The notes below the pieces were generated by a model. That model was not told the origin of the DNA, searched no databases, and saw nothing but the letters and a program-made list of their open reading frames with translations. Positions 17,383 through 27,658 of a stretch of DNA of 64,000 nt are shown one piece after another. A program made the translations under genes and the position numbers. Positions within the stretch are counted from its first letter, which is position 1. Every line of letters begins with the position of its first letter. Source of the DNA: Candidatus Moranbacteria bacterium RIFCSPHIGHO2_01_FULL_55_24. GTDB lineage: Bacteria; Patescibacteriota; Minisyncoccia; Moranbacterales; UBA1568. Location: positions 23,581 through 87,580 of the forward strand of contig MFRW01000005.1 of the NCBI GenBank assembly GCA_001786575.1, in the 5' to 3' direction.

Positions 17383-17694
17383 CTACACTATTGTAGCGTT
17401 TTCGCCGAAAAGTTCAAGGAGGCGGGCTGCTTCCTCACGGAGCGGGAGCGAATCCTCATACTCGCCATGATGGCGGGTGTACTCGCCATACGTATGCTTT
17501 TTCTGATCCAGGTGGATATTGATGGAGAATTCGAGACCCGCCTGTTTCGTATAGCAGTGGAAGCGGGGATAGCCAGCTCGGGCAAGAGGCCGGATGAAGC
17601 TTTTTTCGCCTTGCTCCTCGCGCTGGAAGGTGTAGCCAGCCCGGCGCATGAGCGTGAGGGAATTCTCCGTAAGCGGTGAGATGCGGATTTTCAT
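17383..17694 (-). CDS. hypothetical protein (about 104 aa)
   Basis: Internal ATG (MKIRISPL...). The longer ORF's N-terminus overlaps tRNA-Pro and was trimmed. Confidence 0.35.
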   Translation of the reverse strand: MKIRISPLTENSLTLMRRAGYTFQREEQGEKSFIRPLARAGYPRFHCYTKQAGLEFSINIHLDQKKHTYGEYTRHHGEYEDSLPLREEAARLLELFGENATIV

Positions 17695-17709
17695 GAATTT
17701 GTTCTGTAG

Positions 17710-17780
17710 TCGGGGTACCGGGAATCGAACCCAGACTTCACGCACCCGAAGCGCGCGTACTACCACTATACTATACCCCG
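17710..17780 (-). tRNA. tRNA-Pro (anticodon CGG)
   Basis: Reverse complement CGGGGTA...anticodon stem CGCGC, loop TTCGGGT, GCGTG...GGTTCGATTCC...TACCCCG A. Confidence 0.8.
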
Positions 17781-17789
17781 TGTTTTTTC

Positions 17790-19286
17790 TTACTCTACCC
17801 AGTGCCGTTTCCGGATAGCCTGGTCTTCCGCTTCCCGCTTTTCCTCGATCTTCTCTTGCGCGAGCGCGCGGAGCTCGCCTATGTCGCTTGCGGCGAGTGT
17901 CCGGGCGCGCCCGAGGAGAATCTCGCGCGTATTCTTCTCTTTGTCATCGATCACTTCCGCGAGAAGCACATCGAGGATCGCGCCGATCTTCGGGCCGGCA
18001 GGGATACCGACCGTCTCTATGAGATCCGTGCCTTTGATGGCGAGCATCTTCACCGAGAGCGGATCCCGGGAGACTTTCTCGATCATGTATTCCAAATGCC
18101 GGAGCTTGTACGGCTTGGCTTTCGGCACACCCGAACCCAAGCGGTCGCCGACGCGGACTGCCATGAGATCATCCATGTTTTCGAGCCCTACCCGTTTCAC
18201 CAAACGCCGCACAGAGGCTTCGGTGACTTCGCCGACATTGTAATAGAAGAGATGATTATCCACAAGGAGGGAGGCCTTTTTCACGATCGCTTGCGGATAT
18301 TTGAGACGCTCGAGGATTTTGGTCGTCATGCGCGCTCCGACATGGTCGTGGTTGTAGAAGGTGGAGCGGTAACCCTCACCGCGCTTGGTGCATGGCTTGG
18401 CGACGTCATGGAGGAGGGTCGCCAGGCGGACGGAAAGCTTCTGCGACGGGCAAGTTTGGAGGGCGCGCAGGTTGTGCTCCCAGACAGTATAGATATGATG
18501 CAGATTCTGGGTCACCCCGATCCCTTCGCGAAGCTCGGGAATGATGTATTCCAAGAGACCCGAGTATTCCAGCATCTCGATGCCTTCTTTCGAGCTTGGG
18601 GAAAGGACGATCTTCGAGAACTCATCGCGGATGCGTTCCTGCGAGATGTGGGCCAGATTGCCCGAAAGTTTTTTGATAGCCAGAAGCGTTCCTTCCTCGA
18701 TGCGCCAGTTTTTCCCGTCATCTTTTTCTTGCGGGTCGCGGAGCTCCGCGAAGAGGCGCACGGCGCGCATGAGGCGCAGAGCGTCTTCGCCGAAGCGTTC
18801 TTCCGGAACGCCTACCGTCCGGATGATCTTTTTTTCCAGATCCTCTTGGCCGTGGAATGGATCGATGAGCTGTTCTTTGTCTTCCTTTTTCCCATACGCC
18901 AGCGCATTGACAGTGAAGTCCCGTCGCGCCAGATCTTCCTCGAGCGACGCGGTGAAGCGGACTTCATCGGGGCGGCGCTTGTCCTCATAACCGGATTCTA
19001 CCCGGTAGGTAGTGACTTCGATGATGTCGTGTTCGTGCTTCGGAGGAGTGGTCTTCAGGAAGCGGGGGACTTTGACGCCGACCGTCCCGAAGCGGTTCTC
19101 ATAGACGCTTCCCGGAAAGACTGCCAGGATCTCTTCGGGAGTGGCGTTGGTCGTGATGTCCCAATCTTTCGGCACGCGTTCGAGGAGCAGGTCACGGACG
19201 CAGCCCCCGACGATGAATGCTTCGAAACCGGCTTGTTCCAAAGCCGTCATGGTTTCTCGGACTGGGGTAGGTATATGTATCTTCAT
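17790..19286 (-). CDS. cca: CCA-adding tRNA nucleotidyltransferase (PolyA-pol head + HD domain)
   Basis: GGCVRDLLLERVPKDWDITTNATPEEI, RRDFTVNALAY, HD motif LLHDVAKP. Confidence 0.8.
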   Translation of the reverse strand: MKIHIPTPVRETMTALEQAGFEAFIVGGCVRDLLLERVPKDWDITTNATPEEILAVFPGSVYENRFGTVGVKVPRFLKTTPPKHEHDIIEVTTYRVESGYEDKRRPDEVRFTASLEEDLARRDFTVNALAYGKKEDKEQLIDPFHGQEDLEKKIIRTVGVPEERFGEDALRLMRAVRLFAELRDPQEKDDGKNWRIEEGTLLAIKKLSGNLAHISQERIRDEFSKIVLSPSSKEGIEMLEYSGLLEYIIPELREGIGVTQNLHHIYTVWEHNLRALQTCPSQKLSVRLATLLHDVAKPCTKRGEGYRSTFYNHDHVGARMTTKILERLKYPQAIVKKASLLVDNHLFYYNVGEVTEASVRRLVKRVGLENMDDLMAVRVGDRLGSGVPKAKPYKLRHLEYMIEKVSRDPLSVKMLAIKGTDLIETVGIPAGPKIGAILDVLLAEVIDDKEKNTREILLGRARTLAASDIGELRALAQEKIEEKREAEDQAIRKRHWVE

Positions 19287-19352
19287 GGAGATAAGGAGAG
19301 CATCTGAAGCGCAGGCTTTTCAGAATACTCGGAAAGTTGAGAAGTCTCTGGT

Positions 19353-21125
19353 CTACAAGCTGCGTTTTTTCTCTTCTTCTTTGTAGGCAACGAGCGTGTC
19401 TCCGACTTGGATCTTGACGGATCCTTCGAAGACGACACCGCATTCATTCCCTTGGCCGACCTCGTCCGCATTCTGCTTGTTCTGCTGGAGATTCGTCATG
19501 CGGCCGCTTCCGACGGATTCGCCGTCACGGAGCACTTCGATGAGCGATCCGCGCAGGAGCTTGCCTTCGCTGACGCGTCCGCCGACGATCATGTCGCGCT
19601 TGCCGGTCTTGAAAATCGCCATGACCGAGAGGCGGCCGGAATCGGTGCGGACGATTTCCGGCGGCAGGAGGGAAGCCATCTTCTCTTTCACGGCCTCGAC
19701 CAGCTTGTAGATGATGTTGTAGGTTTCGATCATAACACCGCTGTTTTCGGCCAGACGCTTCGCGACGGAGGTGGGTTCGGCATTGAATCCGAGGATCAGC
19801 GCGTCGCCGCTTTCTGCCATCCTCACGTCGGACTCGGTGATATTACCGACCCCGGAAGAGATGATCTGGAGATTCACCTCGGAGGATTCGATAGAGCCGA
19901 GGATCTGTTCGATAGCCTCGAGCGACCCCTGGACGTCAGCCTTGAGGACGACAGCGAGCTTCTTGATCTCCTCTTCTCCCTCGCCTTGGATCTTGGAAGT
20001 TTTGCTCTTGGCAGTATCTTTCAGGAGCGCTTCCTTGGATTTGAGCCGGGCCAAGCCTTTGCCACCGACGACTTGGACGACATCATTCACCTGGGGAGCC
20101 GTATTGAAACCGTAGACCGTCGTCGGCGCGGAAGGACCAGCGCTTTCCAGATTGCGGCCAGCGAAATCCTCGATGCGGCGGATGCGCCCGAAGGCGGCTC
20201 CGGAGACCACATCTTGGCCGACTTTGAGCATTCCGGTGCGCACGAGAACGGTTGCGACCGGACCCTTCTGGGGGTCGAGATGGGATTCGAGAACGACGGA
20301 GAGCCCATCCCGTTTCTGATCGGCCCGGAAATCCTCGACTTCGGCTACCAGGAGGATGTTATCGAGAAGGGTGTCGATATTGATATTGTTCTTAGCGCTG
20401 ATTTCCGTGCACATAGTGTCACCGCCCCATTCTTCGAAGAGGATGCCGTGCTCCGCCAATTCCTGCTTGACGCGCTCCGGCTTGGCATCGGGCTTGTCGA
20501 TCTTGTTTATCGCCACGATTACCGGGAGCTTGCGCTCTTTCAGGTAGGCGATCACTTCCTTGGTCTGGGGGCGGACGCCATCGTCTGCCGCTACGACGAG
20601 GATGGCGATATCGGCGATCGAAAGACCGCGCTTCCGCATCGCAGCGAAGGCTTCATGGCCGGGAGTATCCACGAAGGTGATCAGCTGCTTGTGCTTCTTC
20701 ACTTGGTAAGCGCTGATGTGCTGGGTGATGCCGCCTGCTTCGCCGGAAGCGACGCTCGCTTTGCGGATGGTATCGAGAAGCGTTGTCTTGCCGTGGTCGA
20801 CGTGACCGAGGATAGTGACGACCGGCGGGCGGGGAGAAAGATTCTTGCCGGAAGTCTTCTCTTCGGCGAGGATCTTGTTGAGCCCTTCGAGGGTGAGCGC
20901 TCCTTCACCGGACTCCTCGACGCTTTCCTGCGTCTCGAAGCCGAGGTCTGCCGCGATGACGCTCGCTGTCTCGAAATCGATCTCCTCATTGATCGTCGCC
21001 AGGATACCGTTCTTCATGAGTTCGGTGATAAGCGCCGGCACCGGCACGCCCAAAAGCTCCGCGAGTTTCTTGACGGTCACGGAAGATGGGAGCTGGACGA
21101 TTTTCGGAGCGGTTTCATTTGTCAT
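19353..21125 (-). CDS. infB: translation initiation factor IF-2 (short form, about 591 aa)
   Basis: G-domain [35 protein letters not shown], plus C-terminal beta-barrels. Start chosen at the ATG ([12 protein letters not shown]) at 21125. The upstream part of the longest ORF is R/C-rich junk. Confidence 0.9.
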   Translation of the reverse strand: MTNETAPKIVQLPSSVTVKKLAELLGVPVPALITELMKNGILATINEEIDFETASVIAADLGFETQESVEESGEGALTLEGLNKILAEEKTSGKNLSPRPPVVTILGHVDHGKTTLLDTIRKASVASGEAGGITQHISAYQVKKHKQLITFVDTPGHEAFAAMRKRGLSIADIAILVVAADDGVRPQTKEVIAYLKERKLPVIVAINKIDKPDAKPERVKQELAEHGILFEEWGGDTMCTEISAKNNINIDTLLDNILLVAEVEDFRADQKRDGLSVVLESHLDPQKGPVATVLVRTGMLKVGQDVVSGAAFGRIRRIEDFAGRNLESAGPSAPTTVYGFNTAPQVNDVVQVVGGKGLARLKSKEALLKDTAKSKTSKIQGEGEEEIKKLAVVLKADVQGSLEAIEQILGSIESSEVNLQIISSGVGNITESDVRMAESGDALILGFNAEPTSVAKRLAENSGVMIETYNIIYKLVEAVKEKMASLLPPEIVRTDSGRLSVMAIFKTGKRDMIVGGRVSEGKLLRGSLIEVLRDGESVGSGRMTNLQQNKQNADEVGQGNECGVVFEGSVKIQVGDTLVAYKEEEKKRSL

Positions 21126-21163
21126 AGCGGAAGTTTTCTTAGGAAATAATATGAGAAGAGAGG

Positions 21164-21679
21164 CTAAACGGTAGTTGATTTTCCGCTGATCGCTTGGGAG
21201 ATGGCGGTCTTTTCCTCTTCGGTGAAGGGAAAACCGTCGGCATTTCCGTTTACGACAGGCTTGGCATAGACACGGGTGCCTTCGCGGGTATGGAGCGAGG
21301 AGATGACGAGGCCGCAATTCCGGCCATCCAGGAGGGCGACCGAAAAGCTCTGATTGCCGCCGACTTCCTTGAAAGGGTTGAAACGGAGCACGCTGGTCTT
21401 GTGGACGCTCTTCATGCCCAATTCCCGGAGACGGTTCGAAATCTCGAAAAGCTCTTGGATTTCCTGGTCAAGCGTTTTGGTTTCCTCGAGCTGTTCCAGA
21501 AGCACTTTTTCGAGGTCGCGGGCTTCTTTCCCGGAAAAGAAAACCTGAAGCTTCTTGGCAGTACGTCTCTGCCGTACCCAGACGGTAACGAGACCGGCCA
21601 ATATAAGCATTTCCCCGGCGAAAAGGCCGATGAGAGTATAGAGTGCTGCGGGAGAAAGCTCTTGGAAAAATCCGAACAT
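21164..21679 (-). CDS. hypothetical membrane-anchored protein with coiled coil
   Basis: ATG at 21679 (MFGFFQELSPAALYTLIGLFAGEMLILAGLVTVWV TM anchor). Confidence 0.4.
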   Translation of the reverse strand: MFGFFQELSPAALYTLIGLFAGEMLILAGLVTVWVRQRRTAKKLQVFFSGKEARDLEKVLLEQLEETKTLDQEIQELFEISNRLRELGMKSVHKTSVLRFNPFKEVGGNQSFSVALLDGRNCGLVISSLHTREGTRVYAKPVVNGNADGFPFTEEEKTAISQAISGKSTTV

Positions 21680-21769
21680 AAGAAAAAGGCGTCTTGTTCG
21701 AAACGGTATCACGGATTTTCTCTTTTGTAAAGCCTTTTAAAAGCGAAAAAAAGCCAAGGCAAGGGATTT

Positions 21770-22033
21770 TTATCGGGCCGTCCAGAGCGCTTGCGGGTGA
21801 GCTACCAGGTCTTCTGGGGTGAAAGGGCGGACGAACTGGAAGCGCGGGCCGGAATAGCCTGCTTCGGGGATGTCCACCTGCTCTTCGAAGACTTCCCGCT
21901 TGCGGGCCCAGAGGGTGTAGTCGTCGTAGAGCGCCTGGTAGATGACCATGTCTTCGAGGTTTTCCTCATACTTGGCGATTCCGATTACCAGATACTCGCG
22001 GCCTTTGTAGTGCCTGTAGATGCCTAGCTGCAT
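21770..22033 (-). CDS. DUF1653-family small protein
   Basis: MQLGIYRHYKGREYLVIGIAKYEENLEDMVIYQALY...WARKREVF matches the DUF1653 pattern. Start trimmed to ATG 22033 because the longest ORF overlaps tRNA-Ser. Confidence 0.55.
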   Translation of the reverse strand: MQLGIYRHYKGREYLVIGIAKYEENLEDMVIYQALYDDYTLWARKREVFEEQVDIPEAGYSGPRFQFVRPFTPEDLVAHPQALWTAR

Positions 22034-22058
22034 AGGTTTTTGTTTATGAAAATAATGA

Positions 22059-22144
22059 GGAGAGGGAGGGATTCGAACCCTCGGTACCCTTGCAGGTACA
22101 ACAGTTTTCGAGACTGTCCTATTCGACCACTCTAGCACCTCTCC
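22059..22144 (-). tRNA. tRNA-Ser (anticodon CGA)
   Basis: 86 nt with long variable arm. Anticodon stem ACAGT, loop CTCGAAA, ACTGT. T-arm GGTTCGAATCC. Confidence 0.8.
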
Positions 22145-22266
22145 TGGTTCCGGTTTTCTTATCTCTCCACTCTTTGTACAAGAAAGCGTCTGGCGAGGCA
22201 AGGGAGAGGCTTTGTTGTTCGCTTTTTTCGTTGTACAATAAAAGGCGAAATACCAACAAGAAAAAT

Positions 22267-22815
22267 ATGGCTGCGCCCCTTGCTTTGACGTTTGTCGACC
22301 CATCCCATGTCCTGCGTGATCTGCCCGTAGCGGCAGGGCAGAAAGTCGCCGATTTCGGCTGCGGCTCGGGTTATTTTTCCCTAGAATTCGCCAAGCGTGT
22401 CGGTGCGGACGGGAGCGTCCACGCCTTCGATGTGCTGCCTTCCGCCCTCGAGGCGGTCGCGAGCCGCGCGAAAACGATGGGAATCCAAAATATCACGACC
22501 AAGCGCGTGAACCTGGAGAACGCCGATGGTTCCACGCTCCTCGCAGAAAGCGTCGACTGGGTAGTGATCAAGGACATGCTTTTCCAGAATCAGAAGAAAG
22601 AAGCCATCCTCCACGAAGCGGCCCGCGTACTGCGGCCCGGAGGCTACATGCTCATCATGGAGTGGAGCCCGGAAGAATCGCTTGTCGGACCGGGGAGAGA
22701 ACTGCGCATCGCTCCGGAGAAGCTGCAGTCCATGACGGAAGCCGCCGGATTTTCCTTGGAGAAGGAAATCCCGGTTGGAGGATTCCACTACGCTTTTTTA
22801 GTGAAGAAAAAATAG
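22267..22815 (+). CDS. class I SAM-dependent methyltransferase
   Basis: Motif I VADFGCGSGYFSLEFA, acidic loop HAFDV, LRPGGYMLIMEW. ATG at 22267 after trimming the tRNA overlap. Confidence 0.75.
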   Translation: MAAPLALTFVDPSHVLRDLPVAAGQKVADFGCGSGYFSLEFAKRVGADGSVHAFDVLPSALEAVASRAKTMGIQNITTKRVNLENADGSTLLAESVDWVVIKDMLFQNQKKEAILHEAARVLRPGGYMLIMEWSPEESLVGPGRELRIAPEKLQSMTEAAGFSLEKEIPVGGFHYAFLVKKK

Positions 22816-22819
22816 GCTT

Positions 22820-24217
22820 ATGAAGCGCTGGCAGAAAAGCATCATGCTCGGAATGGGGATATGCGGGATCGCGCTCCTTTCAGGCTGCGGATTCAAGACG
22901 ACTGCACCCGAGAGCTATAGCGTGGATCTGGAAGTCTGGGGAGTTTTCGACGACAGTGATGCCTACACGGAAATCTTCAACGAGTACCAGAAGCTCAATC
23001 CGTACGTGAAGAATATCCGCTACCGCAAGCTGCCGGTAGAGACGTATAAGGAGGATCTCCTGAACGCTTTGGCGGCGAACAAGGGGCCGGATATCTTCAT
23101 GATCCGCAATGTCTGGCGGACGTCGTTCGAGGACAAGCTTTCCCCGGCACCGGAAAGTTTCGCGGAACGGAGCTTCCGGGACGCGTTTGTCGATGTAGCC
23201 GCCGCCGACTTTATCGGGGACGACAAGAAGATCTATGCCGTGCCGCTCTCGGTGGATTCTCTCGCGCTCTACTACAACAAAGACCTCTTCAACGCGGCCG
23301 GCATCGCTGCGCCGCCGACGACCTGGGAAGAGCTTGCTGCCGATGCGGAGAAACTGAATAGCCTCGATGAATACGGCAATTTCCGCCAGTCGGGCGTCGC
23401 GCTCGGGACAGCCCGGAATATCAACCGCTCGACTGACATCCTTTCGGCTATGATGTTCCAGCTCGGAGCGAATCTGGGTCAGGAAAACGCTTCCGGCCAA
23501 GTGAACCTTAATGACGAAGCAAGCAGCAAAGCGACGGAATTCTATACCCAATTCGCGCGTATCGGTTCCCCATCCTATTCTTGGAATCCGCGCCAGCATT
23601 ACTCGATCGATGCTTTCTACGAGGGCACCCTCGGCATGATGATCAACTATTCCTGGCAGTACCCGACGATCAAGCAGAAGAACGCCAAGCTAAACATCGG
23701 CGTGGCACCCCTGCCCCAGTTCATCGGCGGGAAGACCAGCAATTATGCCAATTATTGGGGCTACGGAGTTTCCAAAAACAAAGAGTATACTGCGCCAGTG
23801 GGGCAGCAAGCGACGGTTGATCCGGCCAAGCAGAATGAGCTTCGCATCCATGAATCCTGGCAGCTTCTCCGCTTCATGGCGTACCCGCACCCCGAAAAGA
23901 CGATTACGCTCGTAAACGGGGCTGAAGGCACTTCCAAAGACTTTCCGCTCGCGTTCGATCCGGCGGAGAAGTATCTGGAGAAAACAAGGAAGCCGGCCGC
24001 CCGTCGCGACCTCATAGAGAAACAGAAGAACGATGTGGTGCTCTCGCCTTTCGCTCTGGGGAATCTCATCGCGAAGAACTGGGAACAGAGCAATCCGGAA
24101 GCGATCGAGACAATCCTCGCGGATATGATAGAGAGTTTCGTCAGCGGAGAAAAGAGTATTTTCGACGCATTGAGCACTGCCACGAACCGGATCAACGTGC
24201 TTTCGAACAAGCGCTGA
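22820..24217 (+). CDS. ABC transporter substrate-binding lipoprotein (family 1 sugar/solute-binding protein-like)
   Basis: Lipoprotein signal MKRWQKSIMLGMGICGIALLSGC (lipobox). Type-1 SBP-like length and composition. Confidence 0.55.
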   Translation: MKRWQKSIMLGMGICGIALLSGCGFKTTAPESYSVDLEVWGVFDDSDAYTEIFNEYQKLNPYVKNIRYRKLPVETYKEDLLNALAANKGPDIFMIRNVWRTSFEDKLSPAPESFAERSFRDAFVDVAAADFIGDDKKIYAVPLSVDSLALYYNKDLFNAAGIAAPPTTWEELAADAEKLNSLDEYGNFRQSGVALGTARNINRSTDILSAMMFQLGANLGQENASGQVNLNDEASSKATEFYTQFARIGSPSYSWNPRQHYSIDAFYEGTLGMMINYSWQYPTIKQKNAKLNIGVAPLPQFIGGKTSNYANYWGYGVSKNKEYTAPVGQQATVDPAKQNELRIHESWQLLRFMAYPHPEKTITLVNGAEGTSKDFPLAFDPAEKYLEKTRKPAARRDLIEKQKNDVVLSPFALGNLIAKNWEQSNPEAIETILADMIESFVSGEKSIFDALSTATNRINVLSNKR

Positions 24218-24318
24218 TATTGACAGAAGGCTTTTTTCCCTGTAGAATTCAGTCAATAAGAAAAGGCGTGCACGCGCCTTTTTTCAGTGTTACAGCCTTT
24301 TTATCCCTCTCCATAACT

Positions 24319-26106
24319 ATGCAGATCAGAAACATCGCTATCATCGCGCACGTTGACCACGGCAAGACCACCTTGACGGATGCTTTGATGCGCCAGACAG
24401 GCATGGTGACCGCTGAAGGGGTCTCTATGGACTCGAACCAGCTGGAGCGCGAGCGCGGCATCACCATCTATGCCAAAAACGCCGCTCTCTTCTACAAGGA
24501 CACGAAGATCAATATCGTGGATACTCCGGGCCATGCCGATTTCGGCTCCGAAGTGGAACGGGTGCTCCGCTCTATCGACAGCGTCGTGCTCGTCGTGGAT
24601 GCCCAGGAAGGACCGATGCCGCAGACGCGTTTCGTCCTGAAGAAGTCCCTCGAGCTGGGGCTGAAGCCGATCGTGGTCTTGAACAAGATCGACAAGCCGG
24701 CCGCCCGGCCGAAAGAAGTCGCAGAGATGGTGTACGAACTCTTCTTGGATCTCGGCGCGAACGATGAGCAGCTGGATTTCAAAATCGTCTATGCGATCGC
24801 ACGCGAGGGCGTGGCGAGCCTCTCTCTCGAAACCAAGGGTGAGAACCTCTTCCCGCTTCTCGACACGCTGCTTGAAGTGGTGCCTCCGGCCGAACAGGCC
24901 GTAGACAAGCCGCTTTCCGCACAGCCCTTCAACCTGGGCTATGACAACTTCGTCGGACGTCTGGCGGTTGCCCGCGTCTACGAAGGCAAGGTTTCCGTGA
25001 ATGATTCCGTGCTCGTACGGAACGTTTCCGGAAAGAGCGAATCAGGCAGGATCGTAAAGCTGTTCACCTTCCGCGGACAGGAACGCGTCGAGACGAATCA
25101 GGTGGAGGCAGGGGATATCGTCATGATCGCCGGACTGCCGAATATCGAGATTGGCGATACTATCTGCGTGAATTCCGACCAGGAGCTTCTGCCCGCTATC
25201 GCGATCGACGAGCCGACTATCTCGCTCAACTTCTTCGTGAACGATTCTCCGTTCGCCGGACGCGAAGGAAAATTCGTGACGAACAAGCAGATCCGCGAAC
25301 GTTTGGAGAAAGAATTGGAAGTGAACGTGGGACTCCGTATCGACTTCGGCGATGCCTCCTACAAGGTCTATGGCCGCGGCGAACTGCACGTAGCAATCCT
25401 TCTGGAGAACATGCGCCGCGAAGGCTATGAGGTCCAGGTATCCCAGCCGCAGGTGATCATCAAGGAAGTGGACGGCCAGAAAGTCGAGCCGTTCGAAGAA
25501 GTGACCGTCGAGTGTCCGCAGGAGGCCTCGGGAACCGTCATCGAGAAGCTCGGCAAGCGCAAGGGCATCATGACCGATATGCGCGAAGGGAGTGGAGGCT
25601 ATACCCGCATGCTCTTCGATGTTCCGACTCGCGGGCTTTTGGGCTACCGCGGCGAGTTCATGATCGATACCCGCGGCGAGGGCACCCTCTATACCCGGGT
25701 GCTCGGTTTCCGTCCGCATGCCGGAGAAATCAAGAAACGCGATGAGGGATCGATGATCTCTATGGTTACCGGCAAAACCGCAGCCTTCGCACTGTACAAT
25801 CTGCAAGACCGCGGGGTTCTGTATGTAGGTGCCGCCGTAGAGGTCTACGAAGGCATGGTTATCGGCAATGTCACCAAGGGGTCTGACATGGCAGTAAACC
25901 CGATCAAGGGGAAGCAGCTGACCAACATGCGTTCTTCCGGCACTGATGATGCGATCAAGCTCATCCCAGCCTGGGAGCTTTCTATCGAGCGGGGATTGGA
26001 AACCATAGCGGAGGATGAATACCTCGAAGTCACGCCGGAAAGCGTCCGCCTCCGCAAGCAGTTTTTGAAAGAGACTGATCGGACAAAAGCCGGCCGCAAG
26101 AAGTAA
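24319..26106 (+). CDS. typA: translational GTPase TypA/BipA
   Basis: [56 protein letters not shown]-like domains and BipA C-terminal domain. ATG at 24319. Confidence 0.9.
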   Translation: MQIRNIAIIAHVDHGKTTLTDALMRQTGMVTAEGVSMDSNQLERERGITIYAKNAALFYKDTKINIVDTPGHADFGSEVERVLRSIDSVVLVVDAQEGPMPQTRFVLKKSLELGLKPIVVLNKIDKPAARPKEVAEMVYELFLDLGANDEQLDFKIVYAIAREGVASLSLETKGENLFPLLDTLLEVVPPAEQAVDKPLSAQPFNLGYDNFVGRLAVARVYEGKVSVNDSVLVRNVSGKSESGRIVKLFTFRGQERVETNQVEAGDIVMIAGLPNIEIGDTICVNSDQELLPAIAIDEPTISLNFFVNDSPFAGREGKFVTNKQIRERLEKELEVNVGLRIDFGDASYKVYGRGELHVAILLENMRREGYEVQVSQPQVIIKEVDGQKVEPFEEVTVECPQEASGTVIEKLGKRKGIMTDMREGSGGYTRMLFDVPTRGLLGYRGEFMIDTRGEGTLYTRVLGFRPHAGEIKKRDEGSMISMVTGKTAAFALYNLQDRGVLYVGAAVEVYEGMVIGNVTKGSDMAVNPIKGKQLTNMRSSGTDDAIKLIPAWELSIERGLETIAEDEYLEVTPESVRLRKQFLKETDRTKAGRKK

Positions 26107-26127
26107 CGTTCGCGATCGATATAGCTC

Positions 26128-26159
26128 GGGCCAGGAGGAGACTCCTGGCCCTCTTTTTT
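26128..26159 (+). terminator. rho-independent terminator after typA, overlapping an extended -10 promoter (TGATACAAT at 26172-26180)
   Basis: 9-bp stem GGGCCAGGA/TCCTGGCCC, loop GGAGAC, then TCTTTTTTG. Directly followed by TGaTACAAT. Confidence 0.6.
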
Positions 26160-26204
26160 GCTGTTTTTCTGTGATACAATAGAGAAAACAAAAACAGGCT
26201 CCAT

Positions 26205-27290
26205 ATGTATCAGAAAACTGCAAGAATCTTCTTTCTCGGGATGTTCTTGTTTTCTTTTTTCTCGCCGCTGCCGGCGGACGGCGCGGGTTTGGTGCCCTGC
26301 GGCCAGAATGTGAACGATCCTGCCACCGATATCGATGAGTCGGCAAAATGCACCATGTGCCATCTCGTGGTGGCCGGAAACGGGATCATCAACTGGCTCA
26401 TGGGGATCATGACGATCCTCGCGATCGCGATCGTCTTCGCTATGGCGATCTATTACATCATCTCGGCCGGGAACCAGGGGATGATGGAGACCGCCAAAAG
26501 CGGCATCAAGGCGGCACTCATCGGGTTTGCGGTCATGCTTTCGGCCTGGCTTATCGTCAATACCACGCTCCGGATCTTCGGCGCTACTATTCCGGGACTT
26601 ACTAGCTCTAGCGGAGGCTTCACCTTCACTTGCGATATCTCGTCTTCTGCCGGCACATCCAGCGCAGGCGCCGGAGCAGGTGCCGGAGCAGGCGTCGGAG
26701 CAGGTGCGCCAGCCGGAGGCGGTGCGGCCTGCGAGAACATCGATGCTGCCAAGGCGCGGCTTTCGGCAGGCGGTACGGTCTGCAACGGGACCGGTTCCTG
26801 CCCGTCTTGCAATACCCAGCCGTTCGATTCCTTGATCGAGAGGTATGCCAAGCAGTACAAAGTCTCTCCTGGACTGATCCGCGGAGTGATCGCTCGGGAA
26901 TCAAGCTGTGATCGGATTAAGGAGAAGAAGGAGAGCGACGGCAGTTCAAGCTGCGGGCTGATGCAGGTGAATACGCGTTCTTCTACATACTCCTGCGCCC
27001 AATTGAAAGATTCAGCCACGGGGATCATGGAGGGGACGCGTATCCTGGCAGCGGCTTACTCTACAGCACAAAGCCTGAAAGCCAAGTATGGCAATAGGGT
27101 GACCGTGAACGAACTCGCAGCAGCGATTCATAACGCGGGAGCGGGAGAGAGCGCGGCGAGCGTCGACTGTTCGTCGGCGAGCGGTTGGCCCACTATCCCG
27201 AAATGGGGATGCCCTATCAATCCAGGGAACGCTCAATTCAATGCGTGCGCCATCAGGGATTACGCTTGCAATGTCGGAGCGTGTAAATAG
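26205..27290 (+). CDS. fusion protein: signal peptide + VirB2/TrbC-like pilin domain + Gly/Ala linker + VirB1-like SLT lytic transglycosylase
   Basis: N-terminal part has two TM helices around YIISAGNQG, the motif shared with the downstream pilins. GAGAGAGAGVGAGA linker. SLT motifs: ARESSCD (catalytic E-S), GLMQVN, IHNAGAGE (AYNAG-like). Confidence 0.65.
   Translation: MYQKTARIFFLGMFLFSFFSPLPADGAGLVPCGQNVNDPATDIDESAKCTMCHLVVAGNGIINWLMGIMTILAIAIVFAMAIYYIISAGNQGMMETAKSGIKAALIGFAVMLSAWLIVNTTLRIFGATIPGLTSSSGGFTFTCDISSSAGTSSAGAGAGAGAGVGAGAPAGGGAACENIDAAKARLSAGGTVCNGTGSCPSCNTQPFDSLIERYAKQYKVSPGLIRGVIARESSCDRIKEKKESDGSSSCGLMQVNTRSSTYSCAQLKDSATGIMEGTRILAAAYSTAQSLKAKYGNRVTVNELAAAIHNAGAGESAASVDCSSASGWPTIPKWGCPINPGNAQFNACAIRDYACNVGACK
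26663..26710 (+). repeat. in-frame tandem 12-nt repeat (GGAGCAGGNGNC x3-4) encoding the GAGAGAGVGAGA linker
   Basis: gcaggcgcc ggagcaggtgcc ggagcaggcgtc ggagcaggtgcg. Confidence 0.5.
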
Positions 27291-27302
27291 CTTTTAGGAA
27301 CG

Positions 27303-27587
27303 ATGATGTTTCACGCAGCACTTGTCTCTGTGGCCCATGCCGGAGCGATCACGGACGCGACACCGGTCGCCGGCATCCTTCAGAATGTTTTGGAATTTCT
27401 GTTGTCAATCGTTGGCGTGCTTGGTATAATCGGGTTAGTTATCGCTGGATTCCTGTATCTGTCGGCCGCCGGGAATATGAGGCAGACGAATCTTGCCAAG
27501 ACGATGACAGTCGCTTCGCTCATCGGCATCATAATCGCCTTGGGAGCGCTGGTCATCGTTTCACAGTTAAGCAAATTCTTCAGTTAA
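27303..27587 (+). CDS. VirB2/TrbC-like pilin-family small membrane protein
   Basis: Two TM helices flanking FLYLSAAGNMRQTNLAKTMT. C-terminal VIVSQLSKFF is shared with the last pilin. Confidence 0.6.
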   Translation: MMFHAALVSVAHAGAITDATPVAGILQNVLEFLLSIVGVLGIIGLVIAGFLYLSAAGNMRQTNLAKTMTVASLIGIIIALGALVIVSQLSKFFS

Positions 27588-27658
27588 GAGCAGAACGTAA
27601 AAATAAAAACAGAGCGCCTCGCAGGGAGGCCTCGTACATGGAAGGAGGTGAGAGAAGT

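Noticed and set aside
17802-19307. 501-aa plus-strand ORF opposite the cca gene
   Set aside because: The minus strand carries unambiguous nucleotidyltransferase and HD motifs. The plus-strand product has no recognisable motifs.
19407-21149. 580-aa plus-strand ORF opposite infB
   Set aside because: The IF-2 G-domain is unmistakable on the minus strand.
17383-22815. N-terminal extensions of ORFs 17383-17766, 21770-22303, 22090-22815 and 48014-49561
   Set aside because: The extensions overlap tRNA-Pro, tRNA-Ser and tRNA-Gly genes and begin at non-ATG codons. Starts were moved to internal ATGs with recognisable N-termini.
25042-26346. 434-aa minus-strand ORF across the typA 3' end and the pilin-SLT 5' end
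   Set aside because: It spans a terminator and promoter and opposes two well-supported genes.
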